Source of the DNA: Nitrosopumilaceae archaeon
Lineage (GTDB): Archaea > Thermoproteota > Nitrososphaeria > Nitrososphaerales > Nitrosopumilaceae
Direction of reading: 5' to 3'
Length of the DNA: 64,000 bases
Assembly: GCA_965207375.1 (NCBI GenBank)
Contig: CBDBMG010000003.1
Span: 352,001-416,000, forward strand
Shown: one piece after another, positions 1 to 22,898 of the stretch
How the letters are laid out: each line of letters starts with the position of its first letter
Numbering within the stretch: the first letter of the stretch is position 1
Made by a program: the position numbers and the translations under genes
Notes under the pieces: model-generated
The model's database searches: none
Told to the model about the DNA's origin: nothing
The model's input: the letters and a program-made list of their open reading frames with translations, nothing else

Positions 1-229
1 CTTTTAATTACCAACTTTATGATACCTTATCAACTGTAGAACATAACAAGTACTTAGGAACAGTAACCGTCCAGCCCACCTGTGCATTCATTATTATTAT
101 TATTATTAACTAATTGACATAATTATGTACACTCTAGGGATACAAAGAATGGGAGCGAAGGAATCTGATCCCTGAGTCACCTTCAGCCATTCCTCCATTG
201 AGTTCTGTTGTAACTTTAAGTCATTACAT

Positions 230-400
230 GTCATGGGAGAACCCCTGTATGATGAAGCTGAATGTATCCAAATGTCATGCATACATCCCAGGTGATCAGA
301 AGTAAAACTACTTTAACTGCCAACTTCATGTTCAAAACTTATCAACTAGATCATTAAAAGTACGTACTTAGGAGTATCCATCCAATATATCAGAAATTGT
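230..400 (+). mobile_element. Highly degenerate LINE RT remnant
   Basis: MKLNVSKCH and YLGVSI-like translations. Confidence 0.35.
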
Positions 401-1071
401 ATGCATATAGAGTAAACCACTCTCATTCACAGCAGGCAGCAGAATGGGGAGGTACACTGGAGCCATCACAAAATGTGTCTTGCTAGTTTATTGTGTCCCC
501 ATGCACACTCTTGAGTAAATTTACTCCGCCTGTTCTCATAAATATTTTGAAACAACATGCAACATGTGAACAAGTTAGGGAAGAGCTTACTGTAACTAAG
601 GCTACGGTAATTGCTGGAATAATTTTTAGCATAATCGATATCATATAATCATACAAAGCAATTCTAGCATTATGCTTGCACTAATCATGATCAATACTAC
701 AATGTTGCAGGACCTTTGTCACAGAAGATAGATCAATTATACTAATGCCATACAGTATGCATTTCATTAAAGCTACACTGTTCGTTATTCTAATAGAGCA
801 GTCAGATATATCTTGTGTCACTTTAATAGAGCAGTCAGATGTTAGTGTAGTCTTGTAGGCAGAGATCCAGATTTCAATGCCAAACACAGCCAGATATATA
901 TGCACTAAAATAATTAATGCCATGATAATAGTAGGAATCCCTGGAGATGATCAATGAGCTCAGCAAGAAGATATTTCATCTCTACATGTTGTACTATGAT
1001 GCAATAATAAACCACAATGTTTCTGAATATGTATGCTTATTGTTTTGTCTCTTAATATGCATACACATGGA

Positions 1072-1425
1072 TAGGGACCGGCCTATTATGCTGATTTTTT
1101 TACCTATTATGCTATGCTGCAGTGCTCAAATTTTTGACCTATTATGCTCATATTATGCTCATGTGAAAGATTTGTGTTTAGGAATATGGACTGTTTTATT
1201 AGAGTATATTCACTTGTACCATAAAATATTTAACATGGTGACTGTTCTATTAGAATATATCTAAGTTCTACACAGCAATAATTATGATGAGTGTTCTATT
1301 AGAGTATATTGACCATTAATAATGTTTTTAGACAAATAACACTTCCTATTATGCTGGCATTATACTTGATGCTTTTAGCTACCTATTATGCTCAAAATTA
1401 TGTTTGCATAATCGGCTGGTCCCTA
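1072..1425. mobile_element. hAT-type MITE
   Basis: TIR tagggaccggcc / ggctggtcccta; 8-bp TSD cacatgga. Confidence 0.88.
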
Positions 1426-2866
1426 CACATGGAGCTATAAAGACTGTTTTAATAGAGTATAATATAATAGTGACTGTTTTATTAGAGTATTTCATTTTCT
1501 GTGACACTCATGACTGGTATTGAGTCTATTGACTACCAGCTGTGTGTATCACTGCTTGAGATCAAATGTCAACCAGAAATACAGATCTTCAAATCTTGTC
1601 ATTGTAATATTGTTTCAATCATGTATTGCTAATTGCTGCAGTTAGTTTAATGATATATTTGCAGTTATCCCTGCAAAGAAGTTATTTAATTAAGAAATTT
1701 TTACTTTGTAGTCATCCCTGCAAAAGAATATATTGGTTTTTGCTTTGCAGTCTTCCCTGGCTGCTAAATGAACAGCTTTTATATAGTCTATGTGCGTCAA
1801 TATTGCAGGTATTGTAACATACAGTAGACATTTAAGTATCTACTGAAAGGAATATTATCATGCATGCTGGTATTTACGTTTTCACCTAAACTCTGGGCGA
1901 AAGAAACTCAAGCCTAATTCATTTGTAAACTAGTTAGTGGAAGAGCTCACTGCACTATGATGTACCTTGATCAGAGCTAGCAAATTAGAATATGCTGCCT
2001 CTCAGTCTGCTTGGTCTCCTTGGCAGATGAGAGACAAGACAATGTTAGAGAAAATTTGATGCCAAAATTATAGCTACCGTTGTAATCATGATAACACCTA
2101 TGATAGGATCCCTGCAGGAGGAAATTTCATCTCCATGCATCCTGTATTTATAATACTAGCTGTAGTGCTCATGAGTAAGACCTTATATACATACGCGGGG
2201 GTGAACGAGGGGTCCGCCACCTCTGAAAACCACAAATATTCGGCTACCAGAATATTGCAGTAACTAGGTAGCTATCTGTGAATAGGTGTAAATAAAGCAT
2301 AACCGTTGAAAAGTTCACGGGCCTCGAAACGAGTCCAAAGTTCAGCACTGAAACTTGGTAAGGCTGAAGTTTACTTGTGGAGGTGGGGCTAAGCAAGATT
2401 TATTATCGCGCATAAGACTAGTCTCGCGAGCCAGACCGCTTTTATTTGTGGTGGCTTTATTTTTTAAGAGTCCGGCGCGCGAGATAACGTAAACACCGGG
2501 TAAGAACGCTATAAAAGAGAAATGTGACTAATGTATGCCGTATGCGCGTATCTGATACAAGAGTCACGTGGGATTGTGTGGAAAAGAAAGTGATTAAAAA
2601 CGTGCTTATTGCCAAGATGGATGAACAGTGGGCCTTGTTGTGAGAGGTGAGTTTTTAAGAATACGGTCCTTATATATTTTGTATGTGTACGCATGGGAAA
2701 GAAACCACTTGGTTTTGTAGTAAAGATCGGAGTTTTTCATTGCTTTGGGGAGGAAATCTTGTAGCAAGACGTTTCTTTAATTAGAATTGTACAATATAGC
2801 AGCTGATGTGTAATGTAATCATTTTATATATAATTGTGTGTCCATGGCAGATATTGATAGGGGAGG

Positions 2867-3248
2867 CAGGGGCGGATCCAGGGGGGTCTTTGGGATCTCG
2901 AGACCCCCCTCCAGAAATATATCAGGGAAGCCAAAAGAATGATGTATTGGTATAAAACACACTAAAATGTATTATTTCTTGAATTAAGTGAATTTTCAGT
3001 ACTTTATGAGATAAAACAACCTATATCTTCCAAGGGGTTGCACCCACCACGCCCCCTACTCCATATTTGGCTTAAAACTTCTTTGTATTTACTTAAATAT
3101 GCTCTAAATCTTGGATTAGGCATGATTTTGGTGTTATATTACTAAAAAAACCCATAGCGTCTGGGGGGCTGTGCCCCCCAGACCCCCTGCTTCAGAGATC
3201 ACCTCTATTTTCAGACCCCCCTCTCGGAAAATCCTGGATCCGCCCCTG
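2867..3248. mobile_element. hAT-like MITE
   Basis: TIR caggggcggatccagg / cctggatccgcccctg; imperfect G-rich TSD; related remnant at about 17300-17806. Confidence 0.8.
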
Positions 3249-3291
3249 GGGAGGGCTACTGAACAGTAGACCTCTTAGGCAGGGAGTCTGG

Positions 3292-3385
<94 letters not shown>

Positions 3386-6300
3386 ATGTCATAGCCATGG
3401 AGATGGAAGTAAATTCGGTTTGTGTTTAACAGCTATGAGCATGTGTGTAAGTTTTGGTTACTGGTATGGAACACTACATTTTGCAAACTGAAATTTAGAG
3501 AAGTGTAATGGAAATCCTGAAAAGTGCCATTCCATATTCCGCTCTAGATGATGTCCAGTTTCCTGTTCTGTACCAGTCCATGAGTCCAGTCTTCAAAAAT
3601 ACAGTAGGCCACTTTGTACCACAATTTGAATACTTGAAGCCACCATCAAATCTCTAATATGAGCAACACTGATATCCCTGAAATGGTTTTTATAAGAAGG
3701 TGTGTATGTATAATGTGTTAACTGCCTCAATTTTATCACCATCTGAAAGTTATTGGATATCAGTTACACACTTGCAACAGTGCTTTAACTAATACAGATG
3801 GCATAGTTACCAATTTAACATTATAGGCCCCTTGAGGCCTTCCAGCCATTGCAAACCATTTGACTTGGAAAATACAGCACGAGGGGGCATGTCGAGAGAC
3901 CAATTCACCGAGTGCTGTATTTGTCTTGAGATCTCCCAAGTGCTGTATTTTTGTACACACGAGCTTAGGAGGTGCTTTAACTGTTGTATAGTATTTCCAG
4001 CAGTCTTGCCAGGTTCAGCCGCCACAGAGCAGATTATGGAGCACGGTGATTCAAGTTATGGAACCGCTGTTCATCAAACTACCAATCCTGAACTAGGCAC
4101 CAATCCAAAGTATGTAGCTGTAAATTTCTAATGGTAGGGGTGTCAGTGTCGTGATCAACACATAAATCAACAACACAACTGGTAGGCTCACTGAATGACC
4201 ATTAGTGTCAGCTAGCTATCGACACACAAACATAAGGTGGTGCACCATGTGAGCACAAAGAACTTGTTTTTACAGATAAGCACTGAATGGATTTAGTTGA
4301 AATCAGTTATAGTTACTGTGTTCATCATTCTGGCAGAATTTCACACCTACAACAACAACAAATTATGCAAATGGTTTCCATAATAGATTTATTTTCCAAA
4401 TAATATATATTTTCTGCCTTGCAACTTTATGGAAAATATAGCACATCTTTTGTCTTTGATCCTCCCATGCAAAATACTTTTATATCCAGTTAAGAGTTTA
4501 TAATATATACTAATCTGTAGTAGAAATAATGTGTACATACACATGCACATATCAAAGTGTTTGATATATTTGACTGGCACAAAATTTGATAGGGAATTAT
4601 TTGTTTTTTTGGTATGTGTGCTTGATGGTTTGTTTGTGCGCATGTGTACGTGCATGAATCAAAATTAGTTTACGCGAAGAAACTTGCTGTCTAGTTATGA
4701 CTGAAATTAATAAATTGTATGCATGTGAGCACAATTATAAATTATTACATAAAATAGATGATCATGTGAGTTTGTACACTGTTTCTTTTGAGTACTTCAA
4801 CTTCAAGGAGCATGGCTTTAGTTGATGCTATTGTAGTAATGGAACTTTTATGACTGTTGGATGTAGTAAGTTTGGCTTGACGGTGACATTAGAGAAGGAA
4901 AAGGTTGAAGTGAGCTGTACTTTATTAGCTGTACTCAATGTGCTCGTTACACTATATGTTGCACAATGTGCTTGGTATTCTATATGTTGCTCAATAAGTT
5001 CGACATTCTATGGATTACTCAATGGACTTGGGTATCGCTGAAGTTGGGGAAATTGGCTGCAGAGATGCTGCTTGATAAGGTAAACAGACACTTAAGCTTG
5101 TGACATACTGGCCATAGTGACTTATAAAGATCACGATATCATGAAGTAGAATGCTGATGCACTAGCTTGGTCAGGCACTTCACTTAGCCACGTCCTGGGC
5201 TGCCCAATATTCCCCAAATTAAGCCAATCATGCACCCCGGGCTTGGGTAACCCAGCATAATAAGGATGTTAAACATAATTAAGTAGGCACCTGTAACGTT
5301 TTTCAGGCATCTGAAAAGCAAGGACAGGTTGATTTATATTAAATAAACTATATACTTGCGCAAGTAAGCTATAAAAAGCAAACAAACTAGAATAATTAAA
5401 AAGTAAGTAGGGATCGATTTTTCACTGCTACAAAAAGTAAGGAAACAAGGAAAAAGATTTTGGCACAAGAGAACACTAAACATTCTGGCATGATAAAAGT
5501 TTAATCCCTACTTTTGGCTTGATCATACCTATAGTTTGTTCACGTTCACCTGGTGGTTGAGCTAGCAGAAATGAAGCCATTTAAGATCAAAGCATTTTCG
5601 ACATATGTATTCTAACATCACTATTTTAATTATGCGTGACATGTGCGCATAAACGTAAACTGCTCACATTTGCAAAAACACCAAGATGCATACTATACTG
5701 TTTTAAAGGAAGAAAAGTGCTTACACGTATGTTTTAATGAAATATATATCAATAAACCAAGAATGGCAAGGTTAAATAAGTTTTAGTGTGAACGGTAAAA
5801 TTAAAACGAATTGGAAAATTGCTTATTACATATAGCGCTATAGTTGTAATAGATTTACTGTACCTTTAGAGGTATCTTCGAGCGAACAATTCACCATTAG
5901 TGACAAAAATGTATAGAGCTTATTATTATTGACGATACACTGGCAGGACTTTACCACAAATACGTAACGAACATGTATCAACTTGGTAACTTCAAAGGAC
6001 TGTCACGAAATATTTGGTCCGGGTACATAAGTGGTCCGGCTGGACCAATTATGTCGAACATAAATGGTCCCCCCGGACCATTTATGTTGTCAAAAGTGGT
6101 CCGGTCAAAACATAAATGGTCCAGGTGAACAAACAATAAATTCTGCTCACAGTAAATGACAGCAAGCATTAGCTATAGGTATAAATAGTATGCTATGATT
6201 TACAGGATGGTGCTGCTGAGACAACATGACACGAACGCTGCACTGGCGAAAATATAGCTTTCAGTCTGTTCACCAAACCTAATACCGCAAGGTCGCGCGT

Positions 6301-7459
6301 AGCTATACGGAGAGTTTTCCATATATGAAAAAAGCTATCGTTTCAAGCTTTCGTTTCGTAAAAACCCATCGCTTATAAGTCCAGGTAAACCTGCTTACTG
6401 CTAAAGCACACATAAAATCATTTTGAATAAGATTGAAAAGCTGTCAACAATAAAGATTTCCCCAGGCGTCACCATAGATACGAGAAATATTTGATTGTGG
6501 GTTTAAGTTTGTACAAGAGTGTTTGTCACAGTATAATGGCTTGGGACTAAACAGTCTTGATTTTAATATATATAGCCAGAGCTATCAGCGATTTTGTACT
6601 ATTAAGCTAGAAAGGTTAGTTTATAATATACTGAGTATAAGTTAAATAGGGATTGGTAAGAAATTGTACGGCTTCAGGAAAATTTTGCGCTTTAAAAATC
6701 AACCTTGCAATAGGCTTTACCCGAAAAAACCAGCTGGAATGCATTGGTAAGGCTGTAATGATGCTGTACCTTGGTTAAACGAAGCGACAAGTCGAATATT
6801 TCGACCTACAGCCAACTTTGAAAATTTCGAAATTCACCTGTATTTCGTCTGCCAGCCAGCCAGCTGTAAGACCGGGTTGCGCTAGGTGTAGGGCTCCAGA
6901 AATTTCACACAATAAAGGTAATGGCGGCGGATTTACGAAAATGTTATTCCGAAGACGATTTACCACTGTGCCATGGCGATTCCCTTTATCCTTCTTTCCT
7001 TTCCTTGTTCTTCTTTATTCCTTAGCAAGGTGCGAATCTCACCGAAGGTGACGATAGCCTGTAACGGCTTCTGCTTATTATGTCACACAAAAACCTGGCT
7101 TGCACGTGATATAATTAGTTACAGTGGCACGATATTTGTGCATGTACTTTATTACATCGTGAACTTCGAGATTATAGTCTTGGACAAATAGCTTTTGCTG
7201 TTTTTCGAGTGTTATTTGCTATCACACAGCTGCTTTGCCATGTAAGCGTGTTGTTAACAAGCGCCTGTAAACAAGCATAATTATTACGTAAGCGCCTGTA
7301 ACATTTTGTGCCTGCTGAAAGATTATTATGAATGCTTAGCATGTATAAAAAAAGCAAACAAACTAGAATGATAAACAAGTTGACGTATTACCATCTAAAA
7401 ACCAGGCGCTTTGTGTAAGTTAAACCACTGTTAATCTACTGTTATTCAATGTATTGTAA

Positions 7460-10351
7460 TTGTTCGAAAGCACAGAGATAATGCTCCAGCTGATGTCAAT
7501 AACTCTTCCTCTGCTTCTGGGTCTAACAGAAATGGCAGCAGGACTGCCTCCTGATAATTCGCTAAATCCATATAGTGTATTTAAATTATTTGTGATTAAC
7601 TGTAGAGGTCTCAAATCCAAAAAGGATTCATTCGTTCACCTGATCCACTCACAATCACCTCATTTTATAGCTGGCACTGAATCTTGGCTGGATTCTACTA
7701 CCCTTTCTAATGAAATTTTTCCTGTTAATTATCAGGTTTTTCGAAACGATAGATCAGATGGTTATGGTGGGGTATTCTTTGCTTGTCATAACACCATTGA
7801 CTGTAGTCAAGTTACTTTTACAAGCCCTTGTGAGGTTATTATTTGCAAGGTAGAGATGATTAATAGTAAAGTTTTGATCGTTGTTACCGCTTATAGACCA
7901 CCCAACCGAGACCTTGTATATATGCAAAACCTCTGCCAACTTATTTCAGAAATACATAGTAAATACAAAAATGCTGTAATTTGGATCACTGGTGATTTCA
8001 ATTTACCTGATATTAATTGGAGTCTCAATTCCGTTACCAACAATTCTTACCCATTAGATATTAGTACTTTATTAATTGATGAATTTAATTCTGGTGGTTT
8101 TATTCAGATGGTTAGTCAACCAACAAGAGGAAATAACATCTTAGATTTGTTTGCCACTAACAGACCTTCATTAGTTGAGCATACAGAAGTTATCCCAGGA
8201 ATAAGTGACCATGAAATTGTGTCTGTTAAATTAACATTATCGGTAACAGTTAATAAACCTAAAGTGCATAACGTGTACTTGTGGAATAGAGCAGACTTCC
8301 AAGATATTAATGATGTGATAACTCAGTTTTCTAATACCTTCTTATCTGATAATTCTGTTGATACTCCAGTTCAGGAACTATGGGATTCTTTTAAGACTAT
8401 GTGCCAAAAGTGCTTAGAATTGGTTCCACGTAAATCTCTTTCTAGCTCTATTAAATATCCTTGGATAACAACACAAATCAAACGGCTCTCTAATAAAAAG
8501 CGGCGCTTGTACAATCGTGCTCGCTATTCTGGCCTTCAGTCTGATTGGTTGGCATATTACGACTTGAAGAAATTTGTGCAACATGAATGTCGTAAGGCTC
8601 ATGATACATATGTGGCAGATTTGCTAACCTCTAACAATGGTCACATTAATAAACGTTTCTGGACATACATTAAAGGAAAAAGAAATGAGCAATGCGGAGT
8701 TCCATCCTTAGTGAAAAATCATTATACTTTTTCAGATAATACATCAAAGGCTAATATATTAAATAATCAGTTTTCCTCGGTATTCACTACAGATAATGAT
8801 TGCTCCACCATGTTTGATGGTCACCCATATCCAGCCATCCCCACCATTCAAATTGATACACTCGGAGTGACCAGTTTGTTGAGCAATCTGGATCCACACA
8901 AGGCACCCGGCCCTGACGGAATCCCTCCAAGGCTCCTGAAGGAAACATCTAGCAGTATTGCTCCTGTACTTACTCTTATATATAAAGCTTCCTTAAATCA
9001 AGGCAAGCTTCCTAGTGATTGGAAAAGAGCATTTGTCGTACCAATTTTTAAGAAAGGTTCCCGGACTGATCCCTCAAACTATCGACCTATATCCCTGACT
9101 TGTATTTGTTGCAAACTTTTAGAGCATATAATTTCCTCTGCAATATCTACTCAGGCCAACCACCATAACATTATATGCAAACAGCAACATGGATTTAGAA
9201 AAAACCGCTCATGTGAGACTCAACTATTGGAAACTGTCAATGATCTTGCCTTGTCTTTGAATGCTGGTGAACACATAGATTTTATTTAACTCGATTTTTC
9301 AAAGGCGTTTGATAAAGTGTCTCACAATTGCCTGTTGTATAAACTATCTTATTATGGTATTAATGGAGAGCTTTTTGACTGGATAAGTGATTTTTTAACC
9401 AATAGACATCAGGAGGTTATATTAAACAATATCCATAGTGATCCATGCAAAGTCCTGTCTGGAGTTCCTCAGGGTTCGGTTTTAGGCCCATTGCTTTTTC
9501 TGTTGTTTATCAATGATTTACCGGACAATATTTCATCAAGCATAAGATTGTATGCTGACGATGTTATAATCTACAGATCTATTTACTCTAATGAAGATGT
9601 GATACACTTGCAAATGGATCTTGACACTTTATCAAAGTGGGCACTTGATTGGCACATAACATTTAACTTAGATAAATGTGAACATTTGGTCATCACTAAT
9701 ATCCGCTCTCCATTGTGCTCTGAGTATAAAATTAATGACCATAGTATTTGCAAGGTGTCTAATGCAAAATATCTGGGGGTCACAATTAATCATAATCTTT
9801 CCTGGGCTAATCACATTGGAACAATTAGTCGAAAGGCTAATGCAGTACATGGATTCTTGCAGAGGAACTTAAGAAAATGCTCTACATCAATCAAGTCATT
9901 GGCATACTTTACGTACGTGAGGCCCATTTTAGAATATGCATCAGTCGTCTGGGCACCTCATACCAAGTGTCTTATTACAATGTTAGAAAAAATTCAACGC
10001 AGGGCTGCACGTTTTGTGTGTAATAATTATTCCAGATACAACAGTGTTACCGACATGCTCAACTTGTTGAATTGGCAATCTTTAGAACAAAGAAGGAATC
10101 AAGTTAAATCTATTATGTTTTACAAAATTATAAACAACATAGTCTCTGTTAACCTTCACCAATACTTACAACCATCAGTAGCCATCACACGAGGGCATCA
10201 TTTAAGGTTTATTCAATTGCAGGCAAGAGTAGATGTTTACCTTCATTCATTTTTGCCATCAACTATACGTTTGTGGAACTCTCTGCCAGCCAACATGGTA
10301 TCATCACTTACCATTGATAACTTCAAAAACAAACTAACATCAATTAATTAA
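7460..10351 (+). pseudogene. LINE ORF2 (APE endonuclease + reverse transcriptase), CR1/L2-group, single premature stop
   Basis: EN motifs INCRGL, TESWL, YRPP, GDFN, SDH; RT motifs NYRPISL, QHGF, DFSKAFDKV, GVPQGSVLGP, YADD, YLGV. In-frame TAA at 9287-9289 splits the two listed ORFs (same frame). Confidence 0.93.
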
Positions 10352-10455
10352 TACATGCACATTATACTCTGCATAGAGGTCTGTGCATAATTATAAACCA
10401 AGTACTAAGAATAATACAAATTGCGGTTAAAAGTGACGTCAAAACTGGGCGTATA

Positions 10456-10560
10456 TAAGTCTTAGGTAATTATGTCTTAGGTAATTAAGTCTTAGGTAAT
10501 TAAGTCTTAGGTAATTAAGTCTTAGGTAATTAAGTCTTAGGTAATTAAGTATTAGGTAAT
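10456..10560 (+). repeat. 15-bp tandem repeat x7 (taagtcttaggtaat)
   Basis: Directly visible; same unit on the opposite strand at about 34397-34441 (x3) and 35170-35247 (x5). Confidence 0.95.
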
Positions 10561-11102
10561 TAATTATTGGCTAAACTACGCACTCTAGACACACAAACTA
10601 ACCTTTAAATAAATCACCGTTTCGTAGCGATTCATTAATATGTAGGGTTTCATTTAACTCCCTGTACTTAAAAAGTGCTATTTAAACTCTAATAAATGCC
10701 TACCGGTCAAACCCGCCCAGCGTGTACACGGGAGTCGATGGGTGGTGTGGTATGCAAGCCATACAAAAGCTGTAAACAAGTACACGAGGAACGGAATTCT
10801 CCGTGTATTTTATTAATGGAGAGGATTGCCATGTGACGTCGATTGTAAAGTGGCTGGCTAATGGGCGATTAACCATAGAAGCCATGTCGCCTAAGCTTGT
10901 GGTAAGTTTATTATAATAATTATTAAATTATCTGTGGTGTGTATTACTACAGTGTATTTGTTGTTGTAGCTACTGTATGTATGTAATACTGTAGTAGTAG
11001 AGTATGTATCAATGTTCATTAATGCTGTATATACGTGTCAAATGATTGGGCCTTGTATATTCACTAATTATACTTTAGATGTAGGCTACTTGATATTTCA
11101 GT

Positions 11103-11346
11103 GTAACCGGCCTGCGATCTGAGCGCAAATTACACTTAGTTAGATAATCATAATTATAAATATCTTTAGTTGTAAAAGGAGTAGTAGGATGCTGTTAGCT
11201 CTAAAAGATGCTCCATTAAATTCTGCATTTGTGGTAGAAAATCTGTGTGGTTAGTTTAAACATACCATAAATTATGATAAGATAAAGTTGAAAAAATTAG
11301 GCAATTGTTACACGACTACATGGTTGATTTTCGCAGGCCCAGTCAC
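11103..11346. mobile_element. Sola1-like MITE nested in the HINE-like element
   Basis: gtaaccggcctgcga / tcgcaggcccagtcac; homologous to 60389-60606. Confidence 0.7.
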
Positions 11347-11971
11347 ATTTTAGGACTATTGTTGTCCTGTGATTATATGTTGATATAATGACTACCCGCT
11401 TGGTGGTTGATCCGAAATGACTGTACTTGGTTTAGGGTCATCGTTGCTAGTAATAATAATAATAATAATAATAATAATAGCCCTCAATGACGTCACCAGT
11501 AAGTCACGTGAGCAGAGACTCATCACTAAGGAACACATAGCAACGCATGCGAATTTAATTCTTCTGTTTAAACCCGCTTTATACTCCAGTACTTTAGTGA
11601 TAAAACTTTTTGAAAGTAGTATAAAGTTGTTTTATGCCGAAATTCTTACTGTAACACTATAGGCCAGTCTTCTTTTATAAGCTCCGCAACCCGCACGACA
11701 CGCCCACTTATAAAACTAAAGCCCTCCGTCTTGTTAGTAATGTACAACTGGTTAAACGGCTTTTACCGTGTAATGGACGGCAAATACAGCATTACCTTGC
11801 TTTTCTTTGGAAGTAAAACACGACGCGCTACGTTACTAAGGCCCCGCCCATCAACAGTATCGATAGTAAGTGCCGTACAGAGAAACTGAAAGGCAGTAGG
11901 ACTTGTTTGGTTGGTTATTCAGACTTCCTTTCACGTGAATAGTTTTTAATAGCCCGGGGGCGGACACACAG

Positions 11972-12003
<32 letters not shown>

Positions 12004-13022
12004 GCATACCGACGTCCGCACCATATCAATGTTAAGAAACCAGGCGTGCGCCGGCCTGCGGCCGGCGCGCGCCTGAAAAATTAAAAAATTAAAAGGTTAG
12101 TAGGGATTGAATTCAATAGTGCTACAAAAAGTAAGGAAACAAGGAATAGGATTTTGGGATGAGAACATTCTGGCATGAGATAATTTATAAAAGTTTAATC
12201 CGTACTTTTGGGTCACCACTATTGAATTCAATCCCTACTTACCTTTTAATTTTTTAATTTTTTATCATTTAATATATTGAGTATAAGTTAAACTCGAAGC
12301 GAGACTTGAAGTCACTATTCCAGCATCAGTTCAATCTTTTTACATTCGGCGATTATTCCCAGCCTAATAGACACATGCCTGGCAGTATTTTAGGCATTGA
12401 TAATCATTTAGCTTTAGCTATATAGATGTAGCAATTAGCTCTAGCTATAATTTTATACCGACAGTTGCGGCATGCATGCCGGGACCTGGACCATTTATGT
12501 TTTAATAGGACCATTTATGTTTTGGCATAAGTGGTCCGGGGGACCATTTATGACAACATAAGTGGTCCGGCCGGACCAATTATGTTGAACATAAATGGTC
12601 CTCCTGGACCACTTATGGCCAGACCATTTATGTGGTGACAGGACTGTAGTTAAACAGCTTCTTCATAGGAAATATATAGGAAAACTTAACAAGCTCCATA
12701 ACTCCCCAGCACTGGCTCCAGCTGAAGTGCTGCTTATTTCATCCTCTCCAGCATTTGATGGGCTTCATGACAATTATAATTTTTTTATTCTAGCATGTTT
12801 CTACCGGAAGTTATTAAAGAAATAGCGACTGCCAGGTGAATGCGAATGTAAAAGTAGGGATTAAACTTTTATTAATTATCTCATGCCAGAATGTTTAGTG
12901 TTCTCTTGTGCCAAAATCTTATTCCTTGTTTCCTTACTTTTTGTAACTGAAAGATTTATCCCTACTCACTTTTTAAATTTTTAATATTTAGTATTATTTA
13001 CATACACAACATATTCTCTTAC

Positions 13023-21404
<8,382 letters not shown>

Positions 21405-21828
21405 TGCACTTGCGCGCGCTTTTTAAATAATGTCACGTGTAACTTTACATGTTGTGCGTTAGATGGAATAAAGCGGTTGTAAGCCGCCTAAGAAGGTTCA
21501 AAAGGATGTAGCATATTCGGGAATGCCATAGCTGTCACCATCGTCAGTTAAATCAGGAAGCATTTGTATAATATACATGGTACGGGAAACACACTTTCAC
21601 AGCAGTAATAGCTCGAGTAATAGTTAACCACTTGGTTTATGAATATTTTACATGCTTCGAATTATTACTAGCTACGCTGCAATTACATTCCTATAGTTCC
21701 CTCACCTCAACTTGCCCTTTTTAAAGCGCAGGCGCCCCTTCGTTAAGCGCCCATATAGATAGCTATTATTGTATGATCCAAAATAGGTGTGGGCTATTCC
21801 ACTGAACGGAAGGACTAATTGCATAGAT

Positions 21829-22260
21829 TTATTATTATGTTTTTACAGCATAGGCATAAAGCAACAATAAACTCAAGAAAAACCATGGATGCATATAAAA
21901 AAGTAAGCCTATAGCTGAGAGCTGTTGGCAAGTTCTGCCAGCAGCTCAGAAAATTGAAACTAATTACAATAGATTAATTAAATAATTAATCTAATATACT
22001 TATAAAACAGTTTTATTTGGTTCTCTAGGCCTGCGAGAACAACTACTACAAGGGCAGTTCTAATGGAGTGAACACGTGTTATTGTCCTCAAAGAAGTTAT
22101 TCCTGCAGTTTGTATTTAATTGTGTTGACAGAGAGAGAAATATCTATAGTTGAAAGTGAGTTCCATAATCTAGGAAGTCTACAAAAGTAAAAATTATGAG
22201 TAAGATTTGTGGAAGAACCAAGTATGTTGAAGTTTGAAACCTGAACTTGATCTTAAACAA
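21829..22260 (-). mobile_element. Degenerate LINE 3'-end remnant
   Basis: Minus strand NFYFCRLPRLWNSLSTIDISLS; short TAA tail near 21829-21838. Confidence 0.65.
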
Positions 22261-22360
22261 GATCAAGGGATCAACCTTTTATCAATTATCTCATGCCAGT
22301 GTTCTTGATTTATAAACCCTGGGGGGTTATAAATCTATGACTACAGTATAGTATAGATAT

Positions 22361-22602
22361 GTGACCGAGTCTGCGAAAATAGGTCTTATGTGCACAAAAT
22401 ATGCCTATTCATTTTATCATATCTATCTCTTTCTGTGTGGGTTATACAATATCTAAGTTTTATTGAGTTCCTTAGGACATTTTGTGTATATGATAAAATT
22501 TTTGATAAAGTACCATGTTAGGAAAAAGTTATTAAATTTGAAAGGCTCAAAATTAGGTCAAATTTACGTGCAGATAAGACTGGTTTTCGCAGACTCGGTC
22601 AC
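22361..22602. mobile_element. Sola1-like MITE (GTGAC...GTCAC)
   Basis: TIR gtgaccgagtctgcgaaaa / ttttcgcagactcggtcac. Confidence 0.8.
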
Positions 22603-22861
22603 AGATACACTCTGTACTGGGTACGGAGTCGAACCCGTTTGGTGACATCATTATATGATCATGTGAAGGATTTGTTTATAGTGGGGAACAGGAAGACAGA
22701 AATGAGAAATCTGATGAAATGAAGAACACACATGCAAGTTTGGATGCTATCAGCTGATGATAGGCAAACGGTTTTGGTGTGAACTGAAAGTAGGCACTCA
22801 CCTGCCTATGAAATGTTTAGCTAAGTGTTTGGAAATTTAATTAATACCATGTTACTCTAAT

Positions 22862-22898
22862 CATAGATATAGTAACCGTTACGGTTACTATATCTATG
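22862..22898. mobile_element. 37-bp perfect palindrome, TIR-only P-like mini element
   Basis: catagatatagtaaccgt-t-acggttactatatctatg flanked by 7-bp direct repeat ctctaat. Confidence 0.7.

Larger units (their letters stand above)
10391..11450 (+). mobile_element. Non-autonomous proto-Helentron/HINE-like element
   Basis: Starts TT, ends CTAG, sits between A and T with no TSD; 12-bp subterminal IR taaaccaagtac (10394-10405)/gtacttggttta (11423-11434); 5' end homologous to 34330-34504 (reverse complement). Confidence 0.8.
7410..11479 (+). mobile_element. Non-LTR retrotransposon with (TAA)n tail split by a Helentron-type insertion
   Basis: 3' UTR ...ctgtgcataa (10390) resumes as (taa)n at 11451-11479; 5' boundary approximate, no ORF1 seen. 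Confidence 0.8.

Noticed and set aside
681-1860. Weak kinase- or ankyrin-like snippets on the minus strand (VHLAAR, VFGIEIW)
   Set aside because: Too short and full of stops; no consistent frame.
3760-5100. Candidate missing TOP2 3' exons or other gene
   Set aside because: Translations show no TOP2 C-gate similarity or any recognisable domain.
10456-10560. Telomere-like repeat (contains TTAGG)
   Set aside because: 15-bp unit internal to a transposon 5' region, not a pure telomeric array.
22700-22800. CTGATGA hammerhead ribozyme cores (also 36362, 63451)
   Set aside because: No properly placed GAAA and flanking stems visible.
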